Positions 45,255-55,395 are shown, counted from the stretch's first letter. The stretch: 64,000 nt of DNA from Cyanobacteria bacterium P01_F01_bin.150 (GCA_039189765.1 JBCCYL010000004.1:96001-160000); one strand, 5' to 3'. Program-made: numbers and translations. Notes: generated by a model from the letters alone, not told the origin.

Positions 45255-46460
45255 ATGGTAACAGCAACACCTCAATCTTCTGCCCCTCCTAGCTTACAAA
45301 CAACTCCGTTAGGATGGATCAAAAAAAATCTTTTCAGTAGTTGGTTTAACAGCCTACTCACTATTTTTATAGTGGGCTTTTTTCTCTGGGCTACAAAGAA
45401 TTTTGTCGTGTGGGCCGCAACAGATGCAAAGTGGGATGTACTCCCGAAGAATTGGAACCTGTTCTTTGCTGGGGTCTATCCAAATAACCAATACTGGCGC
45501 TTATTTTTGTTGTTGGGCTTCATTAGCGCAATTTCTGGATTGAGTTGGGGATATTTTTCACGCTCCGTGGCCCGATTCCTTAGCTCAAAAGTATTGTGGG
45601 GGATAGGAATTGTTACCTTGCTAACCGTTTCGGCCCCCACCCACCTCCCGTTTCGATTGATTTTGCTAGGGATTTTACTCCTGGGTCTTATCATTGCATG
45701 GGGTGAACATCGGCTCTATCCTGACGTTTCCCTCTCTGGGCAATGGCTTTCACTGAGTTATTTTTTCTTCTTCATAATTGGGTTTTGGCTGATACAGGGC
45801 AATCTAGGGTTACCCTCTGTGAGCAGTAGTTTGTGGGGAGGGTTGTTGCTCACTGTGTTGATGGCACTGGTGAGTATTGTGTTATGTTTTCCGCTGGGCC
45901 TGCTACTGGCGCTTGGGCGTCAAAGCTCTCTTCCTGCAATCAGTTGGATATCGACCGCTTATATTGAAGTGATTCGTGGAGTCCCTTTGATTTGTATCCT
46001 GTTTATGGGACAAAATATGATACAGCTTTTCCTACCTGCGGATAATCTTGATCGGGTTTTACGGGCAATCATTGCTCTTACCCTCTTCAGTGCGGCCTAT
46101 ATGGCTGAGAATATTCGAGGTGGTCTACAGGCCGTACCGAGGGGGCAATATGAAGCAGCCAGTTCGCTAGGTTTGATCAAGCCCCTTACAATATCACTGA
46201 TTGTGTTGCCCCAAGCCTTAAAAATTTCGATTCCGGCTATTGTAGGGCAATTTATTAGTTTGTTTCAGGACACTACTTTGGTCTCTATTATTGGTCTACC
46301 GGAATTACTGGGCATGAGTCGAAGTATTTTGGGAAATCCTGAGTTTTTGGGACGTTATCAGGAGGTTTACGTATTCATCGCAATTATTTACTGGATTTTC
46401 TGTTATTCCATGTCCCTTGGTAGTCGCCAAGTTGAAAAGAGTCTAGATACTGGGCATTAG
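45255..46460 (+). CDS. Amino-acid ABC permease (AapM/NatH-like)
   Basis: IRGVPLI, AYMAENIRGGLQ, GQYEAA, LFQDTTL. Confidence 0.9.
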   Translation: MVTATPQSSAPPSLQTTPLGWIKKNLFSSWFNSLLTIFIVGFFLWATKNFVVWAATDAKWDVLPKNWNLFFAGVYPNNQYWRLFLLLGFISAISGLSWGYFSRSVARFLSSKVLWGIGIVTLLTVSAPTHLPFRLILLGILLLGLIIAWGEHRLYPDVSLSGQWLSLSYFFFFIIGFWLIQGNLGLPSVSSSLWGGLLLTVLMALVSIVLCFPLGLLLALGRQSSLPAISWISTAYIEVIRGVPLICILFMGQNMIQLFLPADNLDRVLRAIIALTLFSAAYMAENIRGGLQAVPRGQYEAASSLGLIKPLTISLIVLPQALKISIPAIVGQFISLFQDTTLVSIIGLPELLGMSRSILGNPEFLGRYQEVYVFIAIIYWIFCYSMSLGSRQVEKSLDTGH

Positions 46461-46614
46461 AGTTGGGAAAAAGAGATATACAAGCGAAGGGAGAACATAT
46501 GGGTGAGGTACTAAACGTAACAGTGCCAAAACCGTGGGTATTCTAGGATAAGACAAAGGTTGTAGACAGTTACTTGAAGATTAGTCCAGGGACATAGGAA
46601 GGATATAGAGGATA

Positions 46615-47439
46615 ATGGCTCAATCTCAAACCGATATCACCACATCAGAGTCTCCCAGCGCAGATGTGGCAGACATGGCAAACACAACGAACAGCAAGAA
46701 AAGTGATCAGGCCATGATCATCGCGACAAATGTGGAAAAGTGGTATGACAATAATTTCCACGTGCTACAGGGAGTCAGCCTGACGGTGAATAAGGGAGAA
46801 GTGGTCGTTGTTATGGGGCCTTCTGGTTCTGGAAAGTCCACCTTTATCCGGACGTTTAATGCGTTGGAACCCTACCAAAAGGGCAGCATCGTCGTAGACG
46901 GGATTAAGCTCTCCCACGATGTTAAAAACATCGACACCATTCGTCGAGAAGTGGGTATGGTGTTCCAGCAGTTCAATCTATTTCCCCATTTGTCTGTGCT
47001 TAAAAATGTGACCCTGGCTCCCATTTGGGTGCGTCGCTGGCCCAAGGCTAAAGCAGAAGAGGTGGCCATGCAGTTGCTGGATCGAGTGGGCATTTTGGAA
47101 CAGGCCCATAAGTTCCCCGGTCAGCTTTCTGGAGGACAGCAACAACGGGTGGCGATCGCCCGTGCCCTTGCCATGCAGCCTAAAATCATGCTGTTTGATG
47201 AGCCTACCTCTGCCCTGGACCCAGAGATGGTGAGGGAAGTACTAGACGTAATGCGCACCCTGGCGGACTCTGGCATGACCATGGTTTGTGTAACCCACGA
47301 GGTTGGTTTTGCCCGAGAAGTAGCCGATCGAGTTGTCCTGATGGCGGACGGATTGCTAGTGGAAGAAGGCACGCCGGATGTCTTCTTTAATAATCCCCAG
47401 GAAGATCGCACTAAGCAGTTTCTGTCCCAAATCCTCTAA
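46615..47439 (+). CDS. Amino-acid ABC ATP-binding protein (AapP-like)
   Basis: [29 protein letters not shown]. Confidence 0.93.
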   Translation: MAQSQTDITTSESPSADVADMANTTNSKKSDQAMIIATNVEKWYDNNFHVLQGVSLTVNKGEVVVVMGPSGSGKSTFIRTFNALEPYQKGSIVVDGIKLSHDVKNIDTIRREVGMVFQQFNLFPHLSVLKNVTLAPIWVRRWPKAKAEEVAMQLLDRVGILEQAHKFPGQLSGGQQQRVAIARALAMQPKIMLFDEPTSALDPEMVREVLDVMRTLADSGMTMVCVTHEVGFAREVADRVVLMADGLLVEEGTPDVFFNNPQEDRTKQFLSQIL

Positions 47440-47529
47440 ACATTCTTCTTATAGACATTTAGAAAAAATTATTGGGGGTGTGCGCCCCGTCGGGGCGCAC
47501 ACAATTTTTTGGTCGTTAGCAGTACAAAT

Positions 47530-47598
47530 AGGAACCGCCCAGACTAAAGCCTAGGCGGAGTGTGGTGTGAGGAGTGAACGGAAACATGCGTCTCCGCT
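47530..47598 (-). ncRNA. yfr1: Yfr1 small RNA
   Basis: Minus strand GCGGAGAC...GTTTCCGT hairpin, conserved ACTCCTCACAC, terminal CCGCCTAG/CTGGGCGG stem. A TACAAT -10 lies just upstream. Confidence 0.9.
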
Positions 47599-47958
47599 AT
47601 ATCTTCCATTGTAGGCGACCCTCTGATTTTTTCCAGCCTTTTTCAATAAATCTTTCCACACTACCATTATTTCTTCCAAATTGGGACTCCTGGAGGGCAG
47701 AAATTTATGGCTAAATTGAACAATTGAAGGCATTTTTTCCTTTAGCGTCGTTGTTTATTTTCGATTGATGTTATCAGTGAAGACCCATCTCGATGCTCAT
47801 AACGAATTGTTAAAGACAATTTTGTCACAAAGGCTTAGAAGGAATAACCCAATGACACCCTGGGGCACGGAGGATCTCCCTAGGGTCTCGATTTAAGGCA
47901 ATACCTGTGTGACTTTGCAGTGGCCACATTATCAATATAAAGTTGTTACCCTGATAGG

Positions 47959-49398
47959 GTGTTTTGTGGAGTTTCTACCTTGCCGCTGTCCCGTCAATCT
48001 ACTGCCCCTCGTCCATCTACCGTAAGCCGTTATTCAAGTTGGAGACAGGAGGTGATTGCCTCCGCTGGGTTGGCCTTTCCATTAGCCTTTGCTCAAGTAG
48101 CGCAAGCGACCACTGGATTTATCGATACGTTGATGACAGGTATGCTTGGCAGTGATGCTCTTGCTGCTGCAGGGCTGGGAGCAATGCTGTTTATGTTTCT
48201 GTCATTTCTAGGCATTAACTTAGTGGGTTCTGTAAGTCCTTTGGTGGCAGAAGCTTACGGTGCAAAACGATTTCAGGACATTGGTCCGATTACCGAGCAG
48301 GGAATTTGGCTTGCTCTAATTGTGTCCATCCCGATCACTCTTTTTTTGCTAGATGCTGAACCATTCTTGAGGCTCTTGGGGCAAAAAAACACCGTTATCG
48401 ACTTGACGGGGCCGTACTTAAGGGCGATCGCCCTGGGATATTTCCCCGCAGCTCTATTTGCTGTGCTTCGAAATTTCGTATCAGCCCTATCGCGGCCCCG
48501 GTCGGTTTTGATGATTATGGCGATCGCAGTGGCCGTCAACACAGGCGCTAATTATGTCCTGATGTTTGGCAAATGGGGATTTCCAATGTTAGGGGTCGCT
48601 GGCACTGGCTGGGCCAGTACCTTCACTTATTGGGTGATGGCGCTCTCCCTCCTTGTCTATGTTCTGTGGCAAAAGGACTTTCACCCTTATCAAATTGGCC
48701 GCACCCTGTATCGATTCCGCTGGCGTCAGTTTAGGGCGATCGCCGTATTAGGTATTCCCATGGGCTGTTCGTCACTATGCGAGGGCGGACTTTTTTCGGC
48801 AGCGACAGTACTGGCGGGGCAATTAGGCGTGACGGTCCTTGCGGCTCATCAAATTGCTTTGCAAACCGCCGCTTTAACATTTATGGTGCCCCTGGGAATT
48901 GCCCAGGCCACAACCGTACGGGTGGGACAGTATGTGGGGCAGAAAAATCCATCGGGGGCAAAAATGGCAGGCTATGCGGGCATCAGTCTTGGCATCGGAT
49001 TTATGGGGGTAATGGGAGTTGCCTTTCTCACCGTGCCTCGCTTGATTATTGGCGCGTATCTAGACATTTCTGCCCCGGAGAATCAAGCCGTCGTGACCAT
49101 GGCGGTGTCTCTATTAGCCGTTGGTGGGATGTTTCAGCTTGCTGATGGGATTCAAGTCATTGCGGTAGGGGCCTTACGGGGGTTGCAAGATACAGCGATT
49201 CCAATGGTTATTGGCATTATCGCCTACTGGGGAATTGGGTTTAGCGTTAGTTATCTAGCGGCCTTTTATTGGCAACTAGGAGGCGTGGGGCTATGGTGGG
49301 GACTGGCAATCGGGCTGGCGATTGCGGCTGTATCTTTCACCTATCGTTTTCACGCTCTATGTAAACGATTCAGGGTATCAACAACGTTAGGCGGTTAG
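47959..49398 (+). CDS. MATE family efflux transporter (NorM-like)
   Basis: FIDTLMTG, LAAHQIA, RVGQYVG, FQLADGIQ, GALRGLQDT. About 12 TM helices. Confidence 0.92.
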   Translation: MFCGVSTLPLSRQSTAPRPSTVSRYSSWRQEVIASAGLAFPLAFAQVAQATTGFIDTLMTGMLGSDALAAAGLGAMLFMFLSFLGINLVGSVSPLVAEAYGAKRFQDIGPITEQGIWLALIVSIPITLFLLDAEPFLRLLGQKNTVIDLTGPYLRAIALGYFPAALFAVLRNFVSALSRPRSVLMIMAIAVAVNTGANYVLMFGKWGFPMLGVAGTGWASTFTYWVMALSLLVYVLWQKDFHPYQIGRTLYRFRWRQFRAIAVLGIPMGCSSLCEGGLFSAATVLAGQLGVTVLAAHQIALQTAALTFMVPLGIAQATTVRVGQYVGQKNPSGAKMAGYAGISLGIGFMGVMGVAFLTVPRLIIGAYLDISAPENQAVVTMAVSLLAVGGMFQLADGIQVIAVGALRGLQDTAIPMVIGIIAYWGIGFSVSYLAAFYWQLGGVGLWWGLAIGLAIAAVSFTYRFHALCKRFRVSTTLGG

Positions 49399-49459
49399 TG
49401 GGGGCGCGTCGCGCTCCCACTAACAAAAAAACAAGATTCAGGGTGGCGAGAAATCCCTG
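49371..49459. mobile_element. MITE-like copy overlapping the MATE 3' end
   Basis: CAGGG...CCCTG flanked by ATT on both sides, with the GTTAGTGGGGGCGC/GCGCTCCCACTAAC hairpin. Confidence 0.65.
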
Positions 49460-49541
49460 ATTTATTCTGGGTATGATGGGTGCATGACTGTTGTTATTTG
49501 CTTAATTGAGCTGCTTCCTCAAATACATCTTGGCTAATTCC

Positions 49542-51266
49542 ATGAGCTACTGCCTCAATATTGCCTGTGCCCAGCCAGCCAATGACCTAACCGATCAATT
49601 CTGCCGGACCTGTGGCGATCGCCTCCGCCTCAAGGAGCGATATCGATCGTTGAAGGTCTTAGGTAAAGGGGGATTTGGCCGCACGTTTTTGGCTGTTGAT
49701 GAAGATATTCCATCCAAGCCTAAATGCGTCATCAAGCAGCTCTACTTTCAGAATACGGACGATGACTATCGTAAGAAGGCGATCGCCCTTTTTCAGCAAG
49801 AAGCCGTGCGATTAGACGAGCTAGGACAACATCCCCAAATTCCCCAGCTATTGGCCCACTTTACCCAAAACGATAATCTATATCTGGTTCAAGAATTTGT
49901 AAACGGCCCCACCCTGCGTCAGTATCAACAGCAAAAAGGCTGTTTAACTGAACAGCAGATTTGGCAGCTTCTAAATGATCTTTTACCCGTTCTCCAGTTT
50001 ATTCATCAGCGACGGGTGATTCACCGCGATATTAAACCGGACAACATTATTTATAGCCGCAAAATTAATAAACCCGTACTTATTGATTTTGGCGTGGCCA
50101 AGGTCGCGACGGAAACCAACTGGATGCGCACCGGAACCGTAATTGGCAGCCCTGAATTTATGGCTCCCGAACAGGCCCGAGGTAAAACCGTCCCCGCCAC
50201 CGATTTATATAGCCTTGGGGTAACCTGCCTGGCGTTAATGACGACGGTGTGTCCGCTGGATATGTACGATATCGCCGACGATCGATGGGTCTGGCGTGAT
50301 TTTCTCAAAGATGGACAAGGGGTGAGCGATCGCCTTGGCACAATTCTCGACACCCTCCTCAAAACCGCCCTCAATCAACGCTACCCCTCAGCCCAATCAG
50401 TCATAGAAGCGATAACCAACACCAACAATCAACCCACCATAATTCCCAACTCCCCAACTCCCCAACTCCCCAACTCCCCAACTCCTAAACTCCCCCCGCC
50501 CAATTCCTTCCCCCCCGCCCCTTCTCTTGCTTTTCCCAATCCTTTAGCCCATACTCCCGACCCACCCCCCGACGCTCCTCTGATTCCCCCTGCGCCACCG
50601 TTTCCCAATAACTTAGGACAAACGATTCTGCCAAATGCCCCTGCTTCGTCCCCCACTGCCCCCACCGCGCCCGAACAGCCCCCGGCTCCAAAGTCCGCCC
50701 CCGCAGCGCCTGCTCCTTTACCACCGCTTACCCCGTTGCCGCCTCCATCCCCTGCCGCAACGTCATCACAGTCTAAGCCGCTTTTCAAACGATTAATTAA
50801 TCACTTTAAGCCCCAAGAACCCAAGGGAAAAATTGTTGTGGACGGCTTAGACTATACGCCTCTGCAATATCTGCTTTCCTCGGGCAAGTGGCTAGAGGCG
50901 GATCAACTGACCCACGAATTAATGGGATTGGCGATCGGGAAAACTCGCCATCACTATTTCAAACGTCAAGATATTCTCGATTTGCCCTGTGCTGATATTG
51001 CCATGCTTAATCGGTTATGGCACACCCACAGCAAGGGGCGATTTGGCTTTATGATCCAGCTCCAACTATTTCAGGCGGTGGAAGCGGACTATGCGGCGTT
51101 TTGTCATCAAGTGCGATGGCCAGTCCATCGCACCACCGCAAAAAACTATCTAACTCCCAGCCTTAGTGCAGTTCCTGGGCATTTACCCTCGCGCCGCTGG
51201 GCTGCGGGTAGCAGCTGGTGGAGCCATATGGAGTGGCTGCTGGAGCGATGGACTAGCTGTAGCTAG
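49542..51266 (+). CDS. Ser/Thr protein kinase with Cys4 N-terminus, Pro-rich linker and GUN4-like domain
   Basis: YCLNIAC...FCRTCG, GKGGFG, HRDIKPDN, DFG, APEQ. GUN4-like DYTPLQYLL..GKWLEADQLT...GRFGF. Confidence 0.92.
   Translation: MSYCLNIACAQPANDLTDQFCRTCGDRLRLKERYRSLKVLGKGGFGRTFLAVDEDIPSKPKCVIKQLYFQNTDDDYRKKAIALFQQEAVRLDELGQHPQIPQLLAHFTQNDNLYLVQEFVNGPTLRQYQQQKGCLTEQQIWQLLNDLLPVLQFIHQRRVIHRDIKPDNIIYSRKINKPVLIDFGVAKVATETNWMRTGTVIGSPEFMAPEQARGKTVPATDLYSLGVTCLALMTTVCPLDMYDIADDRWVWRDFLKDGQGVSDRLGTILDTLLKTALNQRYPSAQSVIEAITNTNNQPTIIPNSPTPQLPNSPTPKLPPPNSFPPAPSLAFPNPLAHTPDPPPDAPLIPPAPPFPNNLGQTILPNAPASSPTAPTAPEQPPAPKSAPAAPAPLPPLTPLPPPSPAATSSQSKPLFKRLINHFKPQEPKGKIVVDGLDYTPLQYLLSSGKWLEADQLTHELMGLAIGKTRHHYFKRQDILDLPCADIAMLNRLWHTHSKGRFGFMIQLQLFQAVEADYAAFCHQVRWPVHRTTAKNYLTPSLSAVPGHLPSRRWAAGSSWWSHMEWLLERWTSCS
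50445..50492 (+). repeat. Tandem 8-bp repeat (CCCAACTC)x5 plus one degenerate unit inside the kinase linker
   Basis: Counted directly: six units, 48 bp, in frame. Confidence 0.9.
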
Positions 51267-51366
51267 GGCATAGATATGAGGGGTTTGGCGATCGCGATCG
51301 CATTCCACCAACAACAGCAAATGATCAAGCATCTATAATTGAACGTAAATCGTTTGGGCAAATCTT

Positions 51367-51657
51367 ATGCAAGTAACCCTCGACCCTACACAAGCAGCTA
51401 TTCTCTCCACCCTTGTCAACCAAGGTCAGTATCCATCAATGCAAATAGCTCTGAACGCAGCCTTGTTACAGTTGTTAGAGGACGCCCAGAACTCAGACGT
51501 ACTCGATAATCCAGATTATGCTGCTTGGGTGGAGCAAACCCGAGAGCAAATTAATGCCGCCCGTGCACAGATTGCTAGAGGAGAAGTCCAGCCTTTAGAG
51601 ACAGTCCTCTCAGACCTTAGAGCAAAAGTTCAACGGGCGAAAGATGCTGCGATATGA
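51367..51657 (+). CDS. ParD-like antitoxin
   Basis: LVNQGQYPS...AALLQLLE...ARAQIARGE. ATGA overlap with the downstream toxin gene. Confidence 0.7.
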   Translation: MQVTLDPTQAAILSTLVNQGQYPSMQIALNAALLQLLEDAQNSDVLDNPDYAAWVEQTREQINAARAQIARGEVQPLETVLSDLRAKVQRAKDAAI

Positions 51658-51949
51658 AACGATTTATATTAGCTCGTGACGCCTGTCGAGATTTGTCCAA
51701 CATTTCCGACTATTTTCTCGAACGGAGTGTGGAGGCAGGCGATCGCTTTGTTGAGGAGTTTGATAAAAAATGCCAGTATCTGGTCCGTTTCCCATATTTT
51801 GGCAAGTCGTATTCCCATATTGATCCAGCGCTGCGTGGTCTTCCATTGATGGGATACATCATCTTTTATCAAGTGATGATGATGGCATCGAGATTTTACG
51901 AGTCGTCAGTGGCTATCGTGACCTCAATCAAGTCTTTAAAAAGCCATAG
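51654..51949 (+). pseudogene. RelE/ParE toxin, frameshifted near 51875
   Basis: The N-part (ACRDLSNISDYF...FPYFGK...YIIFYQV) continues in another frame as DDGIEILRVVSGYRDLNQVFKKP*. Confidence 0.8.
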
Positions 51950-52134
51950 TGAAGTGCGATCGCTCCTCTCAACGTTTAATTTACAGCGATCGCCACCCCC
52001 ATCACCCATAGCTATCAATCAAAATCTACAAAAACTAGCATTCCCTCAGCGACAGCGTAATGCTACTCGAACAGGCACAGGAGTGTTTCCAAGGCAATAT
52101 AATAAATACATCGGTATGCATTGGAGATAGCTCG

Positions 52135-52740
52135 ATGGTTATTTCAACATCACCCTCCATGACTCTTGAAGACTATTTGGCCTATGAGCCAGAGACGGAT
52201 GGACGCTATGAATTAAGGCAGGGGCGGTTAGTTGAGATGGGTGCGGAAAGTGATGTCAATGTCAGTATTGCGATGTTTTTAATTTCGGTACTGCTAAAGT
52301 TTGTACCGTATTCGCGGCTTAGACGGGGCACTGAAATAGCGGTACCAGGAGAAAAAGCGGAAACTCGTTATCCTGATTTGCTGGTTTTAAATCAGGATGG
52401 AGTGGCGGCATTATCGGGGAATCGGCGATCGCTCATCACCTTTGATATGCCGGAACCTGCCCTGGTAATAGAAGTGGTCTCCAACAGCGAACGGGATAAA
52501 CGCTCCAGGGAACGGGATTACGAGGATAAGCGATGGGAATATGCCCAGAGAGGCGTACCGGAATACTGGATTATTGACCCGATCGCCAAGGTAGTGATTG
52601 TTCTGGTTCTAGATGAAACACTGAATAATAAACGCTATCGAGAGATACGGTTTAAGGACGATCAGCGCCTGGATTCACCCATGTTTTCAGAGTTGAACTT
52701 GATAGCATCAGATGTTCTCAAAGCTGGAGGAATAGAGTGA
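52135..52740 (+). CDS. Uma2 family endonuclease
   Basis: MTLEDYL, RYELRQGRL, RYPDLLVL, LVIEVVS, YAQRGVPEYWIIDP. Confidence 0.9.
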   Translation: MVISTSPSMTLEDYLAYEPETDGRYELRQGRLVEMGAESDVNVSIAMFLISVLLKFVPYSRLRRGTEIAVPGEKAETRYPDLLVLNQDGVAALSGNRRSLITFDMPEPALVIEVVSNSERDKRSRERDYEDKRWEYAQRGVPEYWIIDPIAKVVIVLVLDETLNNKRYREIRFKDDQRLDSPMFSELNLIASDVLKAGGIE

Positions 52741-52961
52741 ACCACATCATCCTGAACCGTATTCAAGATTAGAAGCTCTGTTGCATTGATTCAAGAAAAG
52801 AGCTACGAACAAAGCGATCGCGTAGGGTGCCATTAGCGCCAGCGTAATGCACCTTAACCAGGTGCACAATTTTATCTTTGTTACAAAAATCTTGGAATCC
52901 TCGGCATTTTCTTTGATGGCATATATCTTTGAAGTAAATCTATACGGTCATCGTGAAGAGA

Positions 52962-53258
52962 ATGGACACAATCCCATTTTTAGTTAGCCTCCCGGATGAA
53001 GACGAGGATGTAAAAGGTATTTTCTCGGCAGATGCAGATATCGTACTGCGAGATCTACCGACGGACGTGCTTAAGAAGAATTTGAATACGGTCTGTCAGG
53101 GCATCGCCTCTATGTTGGGCGATGTACAGAAGCTTGGCCAGTTTCGTCTCAAGGAAATAACGGTCCAGGTGGAAGTCAATGCGGAAGGCGGTATCGAATT
53201 GGTGGGTACGGCTAAATTAGGCGGCAAAGGGGCCATTACCCTAACGTTTGCGGAATAA
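52962..53258 (+). CDS. Pepco-like (peptidase-co-occurring) small protein
   Basis: FRLKEITVQVEVNAEGGIELVG...GKGAITLTF beta-hairpin pattern, immediately upstream of a caspase gene. Confidence 0.7.
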   Translation: MDTIPFLVSLPDEDEDVKGIFSADADIVLRDLPTDVLKKNLNTVCQGIASMLGDVQKLGQFRLKEITVQVEVNAEGGIELVGTAKLGGKGAITLTFAE

Positions 53259-53285
53259 AGGAACACAATAGAATCGGAGTAGCGC

Positions 53286-54467
53286 ATGAGTAAGCGTCGG
53301 GCATTGCTAATCGGAGTTCCCGAGTATGAAAGTGAGGCGATTCAAAATCTACCCGTTGTTTGCAACGATCTAAAGCTGCTGCATGCCGCGCTGGAGAAGT
53401 CTGGTTTTGGGGTGCGATCGCTCGGTGAAGACGGTCAGTCCTATTGCCGTAGCAAGATCCTACAGGCACTGCGCCGGGAATGCCGAGAGGCCAAGGGGCT
53501 TGACGTACTGCTGCTCTATTTTTCAGGCCATGGCTTGCATTTTCGCGGGAAGGATTATTTGGTGCCCTTTGATGCCGAGCTGGATGATCCAGAGGCGATT
53601 GACGATTATTTAGTGCCTGTTGACCTTAGTCGTGAGATTGATCAGGCCCAGGCAAAAACGATTATTTTTGTTGTCGATGCCTGTCGCGAAGGCATCAAGC
53701 TGGACTTTAAGGATATTGCCCTCGCAGGCTGGAGTCGTGGGGAAATGAAACAGGCAACCCGCCGCAGCTTTGTGGTGGTCTTTGCCTGTGGTCCGGGGCA
53801 GACGAGCCAATATGTCAGAAAAGAGCAGGGCTTTAGTCTCTTTTCCCGTGCCTTGGCGGAGGTGATTGATCCACAGCATGCAGCCTGTACGTTGAAAGAG
53901 GTGCTGGATGACACCCAGGTGCGGTTAAATGCGATCGCCTCTGAACATAATAAAAAATCCCAGAAAATTTACTATTCCTTTGAGAGCGCCGTGGAGGAGG
54001 ATATTGCCTCACGGGTGATTTGTGACAGCGTGGCCTCCATCGCGGCCCGAGGACAAACGACCAATCCCTGGCTAGATGCTGTGGTGCAGTCACCGCTTTG
54101 GCCCCAGGAAGGGGAAACTGAACGCTGCCCGGTGGTCTGCATCAAGCGGCAAGTAACCAAAATTGTGTCCGCCTGCTGGCAGCAGTGGCAAGCCTCGGTT
54201 CAGATGTTTCCGGAGGATGCATGGCGCGATCAAAATCTGCCAATACGGGCGTTGGAGCTGCTGGGTCTGGTGGTGCCGCCATCGGGTCTTGGCACTGATG
54301 CACCTACAGGATTATCCCTGGCGGAAACGGCTCTAATTATCGCGGTGCCGTTTGTGCAAGAGGCTATATTGGCCAGTGGGATTGTCCAGACAGTAAAGAT
54401 AAAGCCGCTGGATCTGGAACTTTCCGATCTGGCTCCTTTATCGGATGACAAAATCTATAATCTATAG
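53286..54467 (+). CDS. Caspase-family (C14) protease with intact dyad, apparently C-terminally truncated
   Basis: RRALLIGVPEY, YFSGHG, VVDACREG, followed by a helical region (DAWRD...LSLAETALIIAVPF) that ends abruptly as GC falls. Confidence 0.8.
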   Translation: MSKRRALLIGVPEYESEAIQNLPVVCNDLKLLHAALEKSGFGVRSLGEDGQSYCRSKILQALRRECREAKGLDVLLLYFSGHGLHFRGKDYLVPFDAELDDPEAIDDYLVPVDLSREIDQAQAKTIIFVVDACREGIKLDFKDIALAGWSRGEMKQATRRSFVVVFACGPGQTSQYVRKEQGFSLFSRALAEVIDPQHAACTLKEVLDDTQVRLNAIASEHNKKSQKIYYSFESAVEEDIASRVICDSVASIAARGQTTNPWLDAVVQSPLWPQEGETERCPVVCIKRQVTKIVSACWQQWQASVQMFPEDAWRDQNLPIRALELLGLVVPPSGLGTDAPTGLSLAETALIIAVPFVQEAILASGIVQTVKIKPLDLELSDLAPLSDDKIYNL

Positions 54468-54801
54468 TGCATTCGGCCTCTATTTCTGCTTCAAGAAGGT
54501 CCGAGGCTCAAAATCCCAAGTCCTTACCCAAAAAAGGCCCCAAGCTCGAAGCTGAAGTTTTTACCAAAGCTCCTAACTAAGTCAAATACGTTCAGAAGAC
54601 GCAGTATAAATTGTCTAAAGGTGATGGATAGACGATTACTTGACGATCTGCTTACTCTGCCCTTAGAACAAGGGTTGTGCGATGTGAGTTGGATGAAATC
54701 ACAATTTTTGGACTGTTCAAGCAAAGAATAATCGTTCTGTTCAATACAGAAACTAGGATTGCAGACCTTGGTGAATTCACGTTGGCTTAATATTTCAGTG
54801 C

Positions 54802-55002
54802 TCAGACTGGTCTTGAATCATCTTGATCATCATCCAATAATCCAAAGATTGCCGTGGCACCAGCAATGGCTATTGCATTCGTCGTTGTGCTAAGCCGATC
54901 CTGAATCGAGGTTGGTTTTTCAAGTGTTGCGAGATAAATGCTTATCACAGCGGCAAGAGAAGTGATAAAGATTGTTATCTTCAATAATGCCTTTTTATTC
55001 AT
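54802..55002 (-). CDS. Small two-helix membrane protein divergent from the NACHT gene
   Basis: 66 aa, two hydrophobic segments, acidic tail. Confidence 0.6.
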   Translation of the reverse strand: MNKKALLKITIFITSLAAVISIYLATLEKPTSIQDRLSTTTNAIAIAGATAIFGLLDDDQDDSRPV

Positions 55003-55203
55003 AACTGAGCTCTATGTGGTGATATGTCAATTGGCGACTTTTTGAGTCAATTCTCATCTAGCTCTTAAAGATTTCAAAAGCTATCTACAACCAGCCTAAT
55101 AATCGAAAACGAAACAAGACATCTAATGGTTTATGCACCTTACACGAGAATTATGACACAGGATCCAAGCTAATCCAACAAAAAAACAGAAAAGTCAAGT
55201 CTT

Positions 55204-55250
55204 TTTGGTATGACTTTGGCATGACTTTGGTATTTTTTTGGCATTACTTT
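55204..55250. promoter_or_regulatory. Four phased 11-bp direct repeats (TTTGGYATKAC-like)
   Basis: TTTGGTATGAC TTTGGCATGAC TTTGGTATTTT TTTGGCATTAC, lying between divergent genes. Confidence 0.7.
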
Positions 55251-55395
55251 GCACTTTAAGGTGAAAATGGTATACTTTATAGACGAATCTGCCTGTACTA
55301 GTCTACATGAGCTTATGGATGAATTCTGCATATAAACCGTCAGTGCATCCAGCTTCTCTCAAAGGCAAGGCGATACTAAATCTATTTTTCGCCTC

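Noticed and set aside
51880..52130. C-terminal part of the 158-aa ParE ORF and the 52060 start of Uma2
   Set aside because: The first is read-through caused by the frameshift. Uma2 more plausibly starts at 52135.
54468..54730. Open plus-strand frame after the caspase stop as its frameshifted continuation
   Set aside because: Composition differs from the caspase gene and no recognisable motif is present.
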